From positions 63,364,001 through 63,428,000 of the forward strand of contig CM060734.1 of assembly GCA_030704615.1 (NCBI GenBank): a stretch of 64,000 nt of DNA. Direction: 5' to 3'. Source of the DNA: Takakia lepidozioides (Eukaryota > Plantae > Bryophyta). This document shows, one piece after another, positions 50,401-64,000 of this stretch. The notes under the pieces are model-generated. The model searched no databases. It was not told the origin of the DNA and was given only the letters and a program-made list of their open reading frames with translations. Each line of letters begins with the position of its first letter. The stretch's first letter is position 1. Position numbers and translations under genes: made by a program.

Positions 50401-52465
50401 ATGAGCAAATGATGCGCGAAGGGGTGAAGCCTGACCACATTACGTTTGTTGGCGTTTGCAATGCATGTGCGAGCCTAGCAGCCCTGGAAAAGGGCAAAGA
50501 GGTCCATGGTGACATCGTCAAAGCTGGAATTGTACCAGATGTCATCCTCAGCACCGCCCTGGTGGACATGTATGCCAAATGTAGGAGCATTGTAGATGCA
50601 AAGGGAGTGTTTGACAATATGGCACAACGAAATGTGGTGTCGTGGAATGCAATGATCACAGGATACGCACAGCAGGGGCGCGGGATGGAGGCTTTGGAGA
50701 CCTATGAGCAAATGATGTGGGACGGGGTGAAGCCCGACCACATCACATTTGTTTGCGTTTGCAATGCATGTGCGAGCCTGGCAGCCCTGGAGAAGGGCAA
50801 AGAGGTACATTGTGACATTGTCAAAGCTGGAATTGTACCAGATGTCATTCTGAACAATACCCTCGTGGACATGTATGCCAAATGTGGGTGCATCAAGGAT
50901 GCAAGGGGAGTGTTCGATAATATTGCTGAACGAGATGTGGTGTCATGGAATGCAATGATCGCAGGATATGCACTGCAGGGGCGCGGGATGGAGGCTTTGG
51001 ATACCTATGAGCAAATGATGCAGGAAGGGGTGAAGCCCGACCACATCACGTTTGTTTGCGTTTGCAATGCTTGTGTGAGCCTGGCAGCCCTGGAGAAGGG
51101 AAAAGAGGTCCATGGTGACATCGTCAAAGCTGCAATTGTGCCAGATGTCATTCTGAACAATACCCTCATGGACATGTATGCCAAATGTGGGTGCATCGAG
51201 GATGCAAGGGGAGTGTTTGACAATATGGCTGAACGAGATGTGGTGTCTTGGAACATGATGATTGCAGGATATGCACAGCAGGGGCGTGGGATGGAGGCTG
51301 TGAAGATCTATGAGAAAATGATGTTGGAAGGGGTGAAGCCCAACCACATCAGTTGTGTTTGCATCTGCAATGCGTGTGCAAGCCTGGCAGCTCTGGAAAA
51401 GGGCAAAGAGGTCCATGGTTACATAGTCAAAGCTGGAATTCAACTAGATGTTATTCTGAACACTGCGTTGGTGGACATGTATGCGAAATGTGGGAGCATT
51501 GAAGATGCAAAGAGAGTGTTCGACAATATGGTGGAACGAGATGTGGTGTCCTGGAACAGGATGATCGCAGGATATGCCCAGCATGGTTGTCATAAGGAGG
51601 CCCTGCAACTATTTGAAGGAATGCAAATGGAAGGCTTGAAGCCGGACAGTATCACCTTTATATGTGTTCTCTCTGCCTGCAGCCATGTTGGCCTACTGGA
51701 TGAAGGAAGACGCTACTTTGATTCCCTGAGCCAAGATTATGGTGTCACTCCGACAGTCAAGCACTTTTGCTGCATGGTGGACCTTCTTGGACGTGCAGGG
51801 CGATTGGATGAGGCAGAGGACCTCATTAATAAAATGCCAATCAAACCAGATGCTGTGGTGTGGAAGGCCTTGCTTGGCGCCTGCAGAATCCATGGCAATG
51901 TGGAGATGGCTGAACGTGCGGCAACATCTATTCTCAAGTGGGATGAACAGGATGCCGCGACTTGTGTTGCTATCAAACCTTTATGCCGCAGCTGGCAGGT
52001 GGGATGATAGCGCGAAGGTGAGAAAATTGATGAAGGTCACAGGGGCTAGAAAGAAGCCAGGTTGCTGCTGCATTGAGGTTGGCAACAGGGTGCACACCTT
52101 TGTTGTAGATGACAAATCGCATCCCAAAATTAAGGAAATCCATGCTGAGCTGAGAAGATTGTCTGGGCAGATGAAGGAGGCAGGGTATGTGCCTGACACA
52201 TGCTTTATATTGCATGATGTGGGGGAGGAGCGAAAAGGAATTTTCTCTTTGCCACCACAGTGAGAAGCTGGCCATTGGTTTTGGGCTGATCAGCACAGCC
52301 CCTAGAACACCTCTCCGTCTCATCAAGAATCTCCGGGTGTGTGGTGACTGCCACACCTCCACCAAATTCATCTCAAAGATTGCTGGCCGAGCAATTGTTG
52401 TGCGGGATGCTAACCGCTTTCACCACTTTGAAGATGGGGTTTGTTCTTGTGGGGATTACTGGTGA
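47441..52465 (+). pseudogene. PLS-class PPR protein with E1/E2/DYW deaminase domain and N-terminal WWDNR/PDFKH repeats; frameshifted
   Basis: 23 PLS motifs in ORF 49236-52007; PG box; HSEKLA, CGDCH and terminal DYW. Frameshifts near 51965 and 52235. Putative transit peptide from ATG 47441. Confidence 0.9.
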
Positions 52466-53026
52466 AAAGATGTTTTCTCTGGCAAAGGTGCGAGTGTCTT
52501 GCTTCATTCAAAGAACCAAACAGAAACTGGCTAGAATCGAATTTTTGAAGCTATTCTAACTGTGCTAGTCCAGGGTCATGTTCAGAAACATGGAATTGTG
52601 AGATGTGGCTACTACACATTTCATCTGCAGGTCTGGGGAAAACCTATGTCACCTATGGCCATTTTGTGTAAATGTGGACTCCCATCGCCCAGTTCAAGTC
52701 ACTTGTGGGGCAATCATCACCTAGTTCTCCAGAACAATATACTTAGCCTGGTTTGTGTCTGTATATGCCAACAGAGATGCATGAAGCAGAGATGCAGACA
52801 TGGAATTTATCCTTGGGAGACTTTACACAGACAGTAGGGATGCCAACTTCCCATCATCAGAGCCACTACTAGAACATTGCTAAGTTCCTGAACCCCAAAA
52901 ATGTGTGTATCACTTGCAATGGTTACTGAAAAGATCAAAGGGGTCAAGCATCAAGAGGTTGGGATGTGAAGACAAAATTTGCATTATAAAGAGGGCACAT
53001 AGCAGTTCTGCTTCATTTGAAAGTTG

Positions 53027-56000
53027 TTAGGTGAGTGTGCCACTCAAGACTAGTGTTACACGTGTCACCACCCGTGACGCACGCCATATCTCATGCTGTA
53101 CTGCTGCCCACCGCTGCTTTTTGTCACCATTTCTTGTGGCCTCTGAGATAGCATCCAAAATCCCTGGGAATGAGGACGATCCGTAATTGTTGTTGCTAAC
53201 AGGCCCGTATACCTGCAGCAGATCCCCACTATTGCTGAATAACTGATTGCCACAACACCTTAAACAGCCCAATACTGTTTTATGCAATAATGCTGAATCC
53301 AAGATTAGGTAAACAAATGTCCATTGACAAAAATGAAGACTCAACAGAAGCGGAAACTGATCGAAGCCAGCTCCCACAAGATGGGCATCAGACCCCCCAC
53401 ACTGGGAGAGTAAGAAGAATAGTGTGCCCAGGAGGTAGATTCCAACACACACAACTTCCAGCAAAACATTCCACCTTTGGACAAGGGCGAAAACAAGAAT
53501 ACTCCAGTATCAGTTTTGGCTTTTATAGCATGAGACACAGGTATTCTTTTTCCTAACCAGCTTGACCAAACAATTTTCATTGGTTGCCCACATCAGAGTT
53601 ACAAATCGGGTTAGAAACTCATTAAGCACCGTCACTTAACCCAATAAAACTCACTCTGTAGCATTGTTCTGAGGAAAGGCATACCAAATGCTTGTACCAA
53701 GACTTTCCAGTAAGTCCCTCACTGTCTAGAAATGCACGCTCTGCCTGCAACAACCGGTCATTCAGAGTCCTTCGTCTTAACAGCAAATATACCAGTGAGC
53801 CCTGCTGTGCCACTGCTTTTGCATCCACTACATCCTGTACACCCTCAATCCAACACATGAAAACGGAAAACTCGTAGATCGATGTGATCGAGGCATTGCT
53901 ACTCATTGGCACAGAAGAATTGTCCATAGCTCCATATTTCATTACTTCAAGCCCTGCACTATTCTAAGCTTCAGCATCGGTTTTGAGTGAGAAATTCCCA
54001 TCTGAATGGCAATGAAAGCACTGCCTACAATGCAACAACATAGAGCGTTCCCCCAAGAAGAAAGTTCCTTTCGCAATGAATACAGTAGGAAATCAACAAA
54101 CCCTCGTGCTGGTAAACAAACCCCCAAGGAGCCAGAGTGAGAGAAATATACAATCACCAGACAACCCCCCAACTTAGTCGTTCTCATTCCGAGAAACTGG
54201 AGAGGAGAGAGGAGGATACCTGTAGCTCTTGCTTCACAGAAAGGACCACTCCTGTGAGGTTTGCAATTGCTGATACAAGTGGGGCAGCTGTTATACCCTC
54301 AGGAGCCTTGGCATTAACTAACTCCATGTCTACTGCCTTTGCATATCTCTGGCCATACACAGATACCAGAAATTTCAACATGGAAATAACGTCCAAGCTA
54401 TGCCAATACGTTAAACTCTTATGCCAGTCTCACTAATCTTGGGTAACTTTTATGGCACAACTTAAATTTGAGAATGCAAGTTCTGAAGACAACTTTATGG
54501 GAACATCAAGTACCAAAATCCCTTTGTTTTAGGATGAACATTGCATCGAGTACCTGGAGTTCGGTTGCATATGCCACATAGTCCAGTGGCAACACGGGAT
54601 CATTGGCTAGCCGCATCGTAACGAGACCCCAGATTGATGTCACTGCAGACAGTGCCCACCATCATGTACCCTGCCTCCATATGCACTACTACTATATATA
54701 TCCTTATACCATGCTTTATTTTCTAAATGAGTTGGGCACACTGCAAGGTCAGACAACACCCATCCCTGAAAGACAAAAAACCTAAGCTACATGCATCTGT
54801 CTGAAAGAGTGTAGGGTCATATATACAAAAAAAGGACAAATTCCTTGAATGATTTGCACACTAATTATTGGAGTTTTGGTGCATCAGACACCAGAGATAG
54901 ATGGTGAGTCCTATAGAGTATAGTTCAAGCAGACCACGCATAGAAACAGCAGGACAAAAACTAACTGCCCATTTGGACATAACAAGATGGACCAACCTAG
55001 AAAAACCTTAACAACTCTAAGACAAATCTCCTACCTACAGAATATAGAGCCTACCATTCGTTCCTGGACATCTCCCTTTCCAAGTCTCTGGGTCACTACA
55101 ATACCCATTCACGTTTGGACACAGTTTGTTCCCTTAAACAATCATTGAATTCAGCTCACAAAAAGCACTGGCTTGCCATTAAGTACCAGCTACATTGCGA
55201 TGAAACAGCGGGTCCCCAAACTTCCGCATCCAGTTGAAGTTATCATAGAGTGAATGATATACTGGATAACCTGTCATACAGAGTAAGGGAGACATGGACA
55301 ATATTTTGAGATCTGGTTCCTACATGTAGCAAACTCCTTTCTAATGTCCAAGCAAGTCCAATCTACAGAAGAAACTAACCAAATTCAACCTTATAATAGT
55401 AGAGCCTCCAGCCTCTGAACCCAATCCAGGCCCCACCTCCAACTGTATCTAACCTTGCAAGGCAGCCAAATGTCTATTCACCAATAGATCAACAGCAACT
55501 AACAGAAGACTGACATGATCAACTCTGCAATAACCTTATAGTCTTGAGATATCTCCGTACTTACAATTGAAGGTAGCCAAAAAAGAAGTACTGAGAAGAT
55601 CTGATGTACAGTTGAGGGATTTTCAGAAGAGAAAACCAGAAACAAACAGCAACGAAAAGACAAGCAGAGACAAGAAAAAAGAAAAAAGGAAGAAAAAGAT
55701 GCTAGGAAAAAATAGACACAGATACAAACAAAATAACCAACACTGATGCATCTTTGTAATTAATTCTGCAATAGAGTGTTTGGAACTAACTCTCGCCAAA
55801 TTGGAGATCCATGGCTGGCACGCCTGCATGCTGCAAAAAGGGTGCGTAGTCGGAACCCCCACCACCCAGCCGGCTAATCTACAACCAAGAGACTCGTCAC
55901 ACTTCAGGGCCTTCCAAACTTCCCAGCTTTTTATAATCCATGCAATTCCTAGAGTTCCTACATAGGTACTGTAGGTCATAAACATATATGGTCGATATTG

Positions 56001-57769
56001 GCTGTTAACATAATCTCTATCAAAACTTGTAATAAAAAGTTTGAGCAACCAGTGCCCACAACACTTCTTTTAGCCAACCATGGTCAGTGATTGGCTTGGT
56101 TACAAATCTAGTGCTAAAGAGCATGCACTGAACTGATTCCATTCCCTCTGGAGAACTAATCCAGAATTTCAGAACTAATTTAGAATGTGTCATGAGCACC
56201 ACCACAAGAATCCTACAGGTTGTCATATATCTGGAAACTCAAAGCAGATGTTCATCTTCTCCAAATGCTCCTATGAAAAGACCCAAGTACATTACATCAA
56301 AAGGTTGAACAAAAGTGGGAAAATGCAGCAACATACAGATGGAGTAGAGCCAGTGCCACTAGCAACCCAAGCATCAAGCACCGTGTGATCCTCAGAATCT
56401 GGATCCTTCACCTGGCATCCATAGTCTCTTGCTCAAACACTTGGCCATCAACCACGACCCATGCCAAGCCATGCAAGAGCATTCTAGTCCCATCCTCCAC
56501 ACAACTTGAACCAAAACTCCTCAAATCCTTTGAGAAAAGAAGAATCCAAAGACTTACAGAGCATACACCCTGAAAAATAGTTTGTTTTACTTTCCCTTGA
56601 GTTGCCACGCTGGTAAAAATCCACATTTGATTTGTCCATACAATTCGCATGTGAAATCAAGGTGTGCACACATGACATGATCTTGCTAACCAGTACAACC
56701 AAAGTCCCATTACATGAAAGAAGTATAACAAAGAGTTTGAAAGCTCTTAGAAGGTGTGGCCTCTAATCAATGCAAGGAAGCGGCTCTGCATAAATTAGAG
56801 GCATCACTAACCTGCTCGGCAGCCTCCTGCAGAAGACCATCAAGTTGGGGTGAGGCCGCGGCACCAAAGCCAGGGCCAGACACAGCACAATCCACATTCA
56901 GGTAAGCAACTGCACTTGTGCTCAAAATGTCCAGATTTTGCTCCACCCACTCTGTTGACCCCACCTACAACCACTCCAGTGCATAAGCTATGAAGCTCTT
57001 GGCGGGCGGCCCTGAAAATGGAGAGATGCATTCATGTCTGTGCACAACAAAGCTGAGAAGTGGAATCATGCCCATAGGTACTCTCTTAGATATCACCAGA
57101 TTGACTGATATTCGGTGCCCACCTCAACCATGTAGTCAACAAGGTGATCAGAGACACCATATCTTGCATCAACCACAGTCAGACTACTAATGTGTGTAAT
57201 TGCTGACTAGCTGTATTCAGCAGGCCTGGGGTGAAATGTGACCCACCACCAACCAACACCCACCTACCAGCTTGGAAGCAGAGGCATGTTGGCAGAAAAT
57301 AAAAAGAAGAAACACAGACAAGAAAGGAAGCGGAGTAGGGGACTGAGGACAGACCAGGCCATACTCTTCTGCATCCCAACTGCACAAAAGAATGCTCCTT
57401 CGTGGCTTCCACCCATCTTTCACAAGCTTTCCCAATCCTCTTGCTAACTGCAACCCCAGATACCTGTTACTGATTCCAAAAATGACGAGCCAATCCCTGG
57501 AGAAAATACCCCGGCCGAGTTCCTAGCATCAAAATGTGAATACTTCTGTCGAATCCAAAAGAACATTTAGACGTACCAATATCTCCATAAGCTTCACTAT
57601 TGGGAACAAACTGAATCATTGGTGAACTCGTGAAAGAAACTGAGGGATATAAAAACTTCTGATCGCTGCAATAAACCACAAGAAAGATCAAGCTTAACAC
57701 AAGCTTCACATTATTTCGATTGATAGCACACGGCATGAGAAGGTACTCCTTACAGGTCTGTGGCCACAG

Positions 57770-57802
<33 letters not shown>

Positions 57803-60800
57803 GTACTCATGAGACTGTTCACCGTAGCCCTACACCCAGTTTGGGTGGACCAAGGGCAAGGAGTCTACCTGTGAACAATAAACAGATGCACAGAGGAAAG
57901 GGAGATTGTCAATGCCTGATGTGCGGGCGGTCTGACGACAACATCCATTTTCTGATACAATGTCTGGGGTATTCTCATCAGTGAGCAATTGCTGGGCAGC
58001 TCACACACAGCAGATTCATGCTTACATGAAGGGATTTCTAGAGGAAATCTGGAATGCCCGAAAGATGTTTATACCACAGAAAGTCCCACTACTGGAGTGA
58101 TCCCCTCATAAAGGTACCTCTGAGTTTCAATTTCAGTCGAGTGCCGAGGGTGGCTCACATCATCCTTAACATAGGTTTAGGGAAGTTTTGTGTTCAGACA
58201 TTCTTTGTGCTTCCAACATGGCCTCAGACACTTCAGCCTCCAAGTCAGCTTCATCTAGCAGGGTCATTTCTTCCTGCCTACTACTCAGGTACTTGAAAAT
58301 CTCCTCTACCTTTTTCCAACAGGACCTAGCCTGTTTAACAGGATGGTCTTGCTTCCTAGAAATAGAGTCGATCATCTTACAGTATGAGGCATTGGGAATT
58401 GGATTCAACTGGCCCCACCATTGACCTTGAATTCATCACTTTGAGAGCTAAAGGGAGGTACTGTCAGACTCGCCCCAAAGAGCCACAATAGCTATTCTAG
58501 AGCACGCTGATATGTTCTCTTTGGGCCCAAAAGCTGAATGGGTTCTAAGGGTTTAGCATAGTTGGAGTTGCCAACACACACGACAGATGCGTATTCCAAA
58601 GTAGGCCTAATAACGTTATGGTCATTTTAACTTCAGCGTTAATCCCTATGCAGTGGAAAAATTGAGTGAGACCCAAAGCTTTGAGCCACTGTTTGAGAAT
58701 GTACACATGCCATTCTCTGCGAATGTTGGCTTGCCATAACCTTACGGCCATCGACCACGCAGGAAACTAACCCTCCCCGAGCCTTTTGTGGCGTTCGCAC
58801 CCACCAGGGTTAGCCTATCCCCACAACTGCCATTAAAGGTGATTGCAGAGGCACTTGTCTACATGCAAACTCGACAGCCTAGTTGCAGGGTTATTGATTT
58901 TATTTTTATAGCCCTGCATTTACCACAGAAATGACATACCCGTCACTCTGACTTGAGTGCAGGGCCTAACCATTGTTTGAGAGAGGGAGAGAGAGAACAG
59001 AGTAATTCGACAGAATGCAACAGCAAGTGAGATAAATGCCAATACATATGGACAAAAACACAAAGATAGTCAGAAGCCACAACCCCCACCAACACAAGCT
59101 ATTAACAGAAAGCCAAAACTGAGTGAGAACCTCAAGGAGCGACGCAGTACCGCTGTTGGGATCCACAGCTCCAAATGTCCATGCATCACGGTGATTACCT
59201 AGAATCACAAACCTGTATAAATATGGCAGTGCCACATCAGCTCTCAGATTCATTTGGAACATTGCGAGTGCTCTAATGCGAGTGATCGAGATTTGATGTT
59301 CTCTGACATGATATTTACTAATAGCACAAATGAGCTGTTCCTGGTAAACAGCGGCCTCTAAGAAATTCAAGCATAAAGGGCAAGAAACAAATGCGTGCTC
59401 ATTTCATCTCAGAATGGACACAGATGTTGATGAAGATGAGATTCTTGAGGGCTGTTGAGCACAATACAGTAAGTACATCATATTAGATTGTTCTACCATC
59501 AACAGCTCCACAGTTAGGAGTTTGGGCTAGGTCTATGTTAAGAAGCTCAAAAACACAGGGCTTGAAAGCTTGACACTGTCTCATGAGAGATAACATCTTT
59601 TCACCTTCAGGAAGCTCTTCACTCTCTCACTTCTAAAAAATCCGAGAAAATCACCAAAATTGAGGGTCGCCTAACTAGCACTAGTGGATATGCACCTGGC
59701 TTTGTAGCTCACAAATCCCTGCACACTTTGAAAGATCTCTAGACAAGGGTGCTCACAAAAGGACTCAGAGGGTGCTAGGGAGGATGTGCAGGAGCACCTG
59801 TCTGGTTCTTCTGATCCATTGATAACAGCGAGCACATTCCGTATAGGCGCCACCATCTGATTAGCCTGTGAAAGCACTCAACCCTCTATCATCAAGTCCT
59901 ATCTCATCCTCCTTACCTCTACATCCTTCAACTCAATCATGAATGATTTAGGTCAGCCCACCAGAATATCCGCTCTGGCACATCTTCCAAAAGGTGCCCA
60001 GGTAATCAAGGAAGCCTGTTCGTCCAGACACACTGAATACCGCTACACAGGCTCTCATAGAGATCAATTGTGCTTTGGAGGCTTCAACTGGATAGTTGCT
60101 GTAGGAAAACGAAAATAGGAAAACAGCTAGAAGAGCACTTACCAGAAAAGTGAGATTGAGCACTGCTGGCCCTCTTCCAAGTTTGTACTCCGGTAAATCA
60201 AGGGCACCGTGCCACTCAGGGGGGGCAACTGCACCACCCAAAGATGCCAGAATTGGACGCGCATCCTCGGCTGAGATAGGCAATGACGGAATCCTAGGCA
60301 ACATGGTTTCTGGGTCTGACTCCGCTAACCTCTCCGCCATGGTAGTGCTGGGCCAGCCCGGCGTCAGTGGGTCACCAATTCCGCGGAACACGGAACCACG
60401 TTGGGCGCCACTGGGGGGAAGCCATTGCGACTCTGGGTAAAAGCCCTCGGTACAATTGCCTCCGTAATCTTGGGGGTCCGAGTACACAATGGCAGACACT
60501 GCCCCAGCCTTTGCAGCATTCTCAACAATGTCTCCTCGATATATCTGGCCATACCTGGCGATCACAATCGCACCTTCCACACTGATCCCCAGAAAAGCAA
60601 GCTTCCTGAAGTCGTCCTCACTTCCATAGTTGACGTAAACCACTTCACCGCTCACATTTCCAGAGGGCGAGTAAGCATGGAATGTTGGCATTACCCTTGG
60701 GTCACTACTTTCGGGATCTTCTTGCACAGGCTTCTCGGTCAAAGAGAGCTCAAGGGGCTCCTTACCGGGCTCAGTCAGAACAAGAGATCGGTGGAGAGGA

Positions 60801-61532
60801 TGGGTGAGTAGCACGTCGTAGTCTACGAAGTGAGCCGCAAGACCGTAATCCTCGAAGGCCCGAAAGATATAATCGGCCGTGGCAAAATTTTCAGGCGTGC
60901 CAGCCACATGGGGTTCCTTCGTGAGATGGCGGAGGTGGTCCCTGATGCTCGAGTTGCTCACCCCTTCGAGAAATGCTCGCTGCCAATGGTGATCCTGTAA
61001 ATACTCCACGATCACAAAAAAAGCATTTGTTAGCTCACTTCCAGATTCTCAGTTCTCCTGAACTGCAAAGACGCAGCCAATTCCTCTACTCAAGTAACTT
61101 AGTGGAGCTCCAATAACTACGTACATTACTAAGAATTTGAGAACAATCTTGTGAACGGAGCACGTAGACATAGGAGGCCATCAGGTGGCGGACCGGAGGA
61201 CTGAAGCCAGAAGAAGAATTCTGATTGTTACATTGCACAATAATCTGAGCAGTGAGTTCTTGTAGTCGACAAGATCAACAATGACGTACGCTGGCAGCAC
61301 CAGGCCATGTTGCGACGAGGAAGTTTGCAAGGATGACGAACAACCCCAGCATTAGTGCACCTAGCACAATGAACACTCCGTTTGCGCATGCCTTGAAAGA
61401 GGAGGGCGGCCTGCCGGCTACGTGCAGCGACATGTCTGGCTCCGCCACTGGGAAACTTGTCTGCCGGGGCAGCAACGACTGGGGCACTGTGCGCAGCAGC
61501 AGGCAGTGCACCCACCAGCTCAACCGCTGCAT
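53027..61532 (-). CDS. AMP1: Glutamate carboxypeptidase II-like M28 peptidase (AMP1/LAMP1 family), 13 exons, ~763 aa
   Basis: Exons 61532-61290, 60994-60143, 59865-59798, 59212-59131, 57447-57355, 56964-56812, 56411-56337, 55878-55791, 55270-55187, 54642-54554, 54348-54220, 53834-53685, 53212-53027. All GT-AG, total 2292 nt in frame. TM segment, PA domain, GNHRDAW, AVDPNSG, DAEEYG, YLNVD, YHS. AMP1 vs LAMP1 orthology not resolved. Confidence 0.92.
57771..57800. repeat. (CA)n microsatellite in an intron
   Basis: About 14 CA units. Confidence 0.9.
57830..58430. mobile_element. Diverged intronic LINE fragment, two halves in opposite orientation
   Basis: Plus-strand [19 protein letters not shown]; minus-strand segment homologous to 15232-15549. 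Confidence 0.7.
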
Positions 61533-64000
61533 TGTCTCTCGCTCCTCCTTTTACACAAAGGCTCTTTCCTTTCCGTGGACGGAGGTTAAGCGAAAGCTAA
61601 GCTCTTTTGAAGAGACAAGAGGTGGAGAGAGGAAAAACGAGCGGGGACAGTGTGTATGCGAGAACTGGACAGCATACAAGTGAGTGAGGAATAACAGCAC
61701 CAGGATCCAACCCACCGCGTCGCAGCACCCTGTCAAAGCAACGCGGTAGCGACGACGGTGAGTTGCGGATCCCGAGAGCCGGGAGATGAATGACACGCAA
61801 ATGACCAGTGTTTCTCCTGCCGCTCTCAACACCCCTCACTCGGAAGGGAGGGGGGCAGGTTGACAGTGTCTAGAGAGAGCGAGAGAGCCCTCGCTGGCCT
61901 GCATTACATCCCCGATCTACTTTCTACCCACACAGTACTAGGTAGGAAGGTAGGTACTAGGTACTAGGTACTAGAGTGCTAGGTACGCAGGTACAATACG
62001 GAGAGTACCGGTACCCGTCCCTGGACAACCGTTTAGGCGATAATTAATTCGAAATGAAAGTGCCTAACGCGTTTTGGGAAGTTTTCAGATTTTGGCCTAA
62101 TTGCTCACAAACGATGGGACCAAAGTGCCTAAGTAATGCCTACAATTCCAACAAAAAACTTTCAAGCCTCTTCCGATCGTGTTGTTTGTAATAAGATGAA
62201 AATTTCATTGAACAAAAATCAATACAAATATATGCGTGCGGAAATAACTTTTTACAAATCCCAATCTATTTGCGAGAGCTCCATGTAACATTGTTCACAC
62301 CCAGAAGGTGAAGGTACAACACCTAATGGAATATGGACTCGTGAGGCGGGGCGGCTAGGTGCAAGCTTGGAGGAGATTTGAGCAGGGCCTGTTGGCATCG
62401 GATAAGGGGCCCATGGGCATTGGGTTTTTATTTTGTATTTTATTCTTAAGAAAATAAATGTTTTCTCTTCTCATGTGCCTAATTCAATAAACTTTGAGGC
62501 AGCTCTTAGGATCTGTCTTCTTACTTAGATGCTACTGGCTTAGTGGCTCCCTTAGTCCTTGTTGCAGGCTTCTATCTCTGCTGCCAGTTTCTGCGGTGTC
62601 TTGGACACTTCCTCTTTCCTGTATAGTTTCAGCATCTGATGTAAGCTTATTACAAGCTTAGTGTTTGCTTGCTGCCCTCTTAGTCTTCTTCCTTGCTCTC
62701 TCTCTTCTTGTTCTTAGGCGGAGTGGAACCTCATTACTCAGCCTTCATGGCTAAAATGTATGGTTCATTACCAATCCTTTTATTAAATAAAGTTTTCAGG
62801 GCTACCTCCCCTTTCTCTCTCTTTTTTCTTAAAGAAAAAACTTATAGCATGAAGATGCCTAATTTGAAGAAATGGTTTGAGAAACGTGCCTATTTGTTTT
62901 TCAATAATTGTTAGGCACAAAAATGCCTGAACGGTTGTCCAGGTACTAGGAAGAATGTAACAAGTTAATGCACGTGTGCAATCTCTGACAGGATGATACG
63001 CCTGTTCTGGCATGTCAAATCTTTCCCCCACCTCCCTTGAGAGTTCAAAGGAATGTAACTCCAATTGGGGTGACACTAGATTCATACAACGGAATGTAGG
63101 TGCCAGGTTCCATAGGCACTCCCAAACGCACCCCAAAGCAACTGCCCCCAAGAAAGAATCGCCCCTTAAAATCGCTAGGGGTGGTTCCATGCAGACCATC
63201 CCCTCCTTCCCCTTTAATGCATGGCACTTGGTGCCATGTGGGCCCGTGACATACCAAATGACAAGTAATTCAGCTTTGGGATGAGATTATCAAAATTTCA
63301 TCCCATTTTTCCCCATCTTCAACTATTTCTCTTACACTGGACATTATCTTTTATAGTATGTGTATTTTTTATTTCTTTAACTGTAAACTAGTCTCGCAAG
63401 CTTATTTTCACGTCACGTAAGATTTTTCTATCTCTCTCTCTTTTTCTTCCCCTCGCATTGTGCTCTCTCACAACCTGATCATGGCCTTGTCAAAGACTTC
63501 AGATACATATCATTGTTTTATCAGTATGGATTTTATTTTATTTTATGAAGAACAGGGGATGGAAGCCTTGGGAACATATTAAAAAAACGGGGGGTACATG
63601 CAGTGGAAAAAATAACCAGTGAGGAGCCTTCAAGGCAAGAACCCACGGGGAAACTCCCGGGACCTTGGGGATCAAAGAGGGGAACAAAAAGAGGGGGTAC
63701 GATATCAAGACCTCAAAAATTGAAGAGAGACAAGAAATGGTAATCAATATATGAATTAAGACGATTTGTTTGTTTTGTTTTGTTTTGTTTTGTTTTGTCT
63801 CAAGGCCCCAGCCCTCGTGCTTGGTACCGTTGGAAAGCCCTTGACGAGGAGGGGTGCACGGGCTTGGTCTCATGATTTTTGGACATGCGGTGTGGGAGAT
63901 GTCGAATTCCAAGTACTTTTGGTCGTTGGAAATTCACAAAAAATAGCAAAAATGGCAGAGTGGGCGTTCCTGGGACAATGGTTGGAGCCTTGACGGGAGA

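Noticed and set aside
62030-64000. Possible TE remnants or ORF 62783-63199
   Set aside because: Repeat-like motifs (e.g. GGTACCGTTGGAAAG at ~63825) but no definable ends or domains.

Overview
Eukaryotic land-plant DNA, probably a bryophyte or other seed-free plant (inferred from the TE lineages and the PLS-DYW PPR gene). Bases 1-46.7 kb are nested transposons. A decayed Tcn1/Tf1-like chromovirus (43198-~46700) is cut in RNase H by a >43 kb CACTA element (right TIR ends at 43197; left end outside the window). The inferred CACTA span carries a TnpA-like gene and a SET-domain pseudogene and contains three things. (i) An unusual Ty3/Gypsy element (301-12283, minus strand) whose pol encodes PR, a C5 DNA methyltransferase, RT, RH, DDE integrase and a PHD finger. 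It has a self-priming-type PBS, a captured RPS7 fragment, and permuted/split terminal repeats (B...A-GC-B-A) bounded by a 4-bp TSD. (ii) A composite repeat of LINE 3' fragments, hairpins and palindromic-site arrays. (iii) A non-chromovirus Gypsy (24729-38346) with extra 5' and 3' ORFs. The right part holds two host genes: a disrupted PLS-DYW PPR gene with N-terminal OSB-like WWDNR/PDFKH repeats, and an intact 13-exon AMP1/LAMP1-type glutamate carboxypeptidase. All alignments and motif calls were made by eye; no database searches were run.
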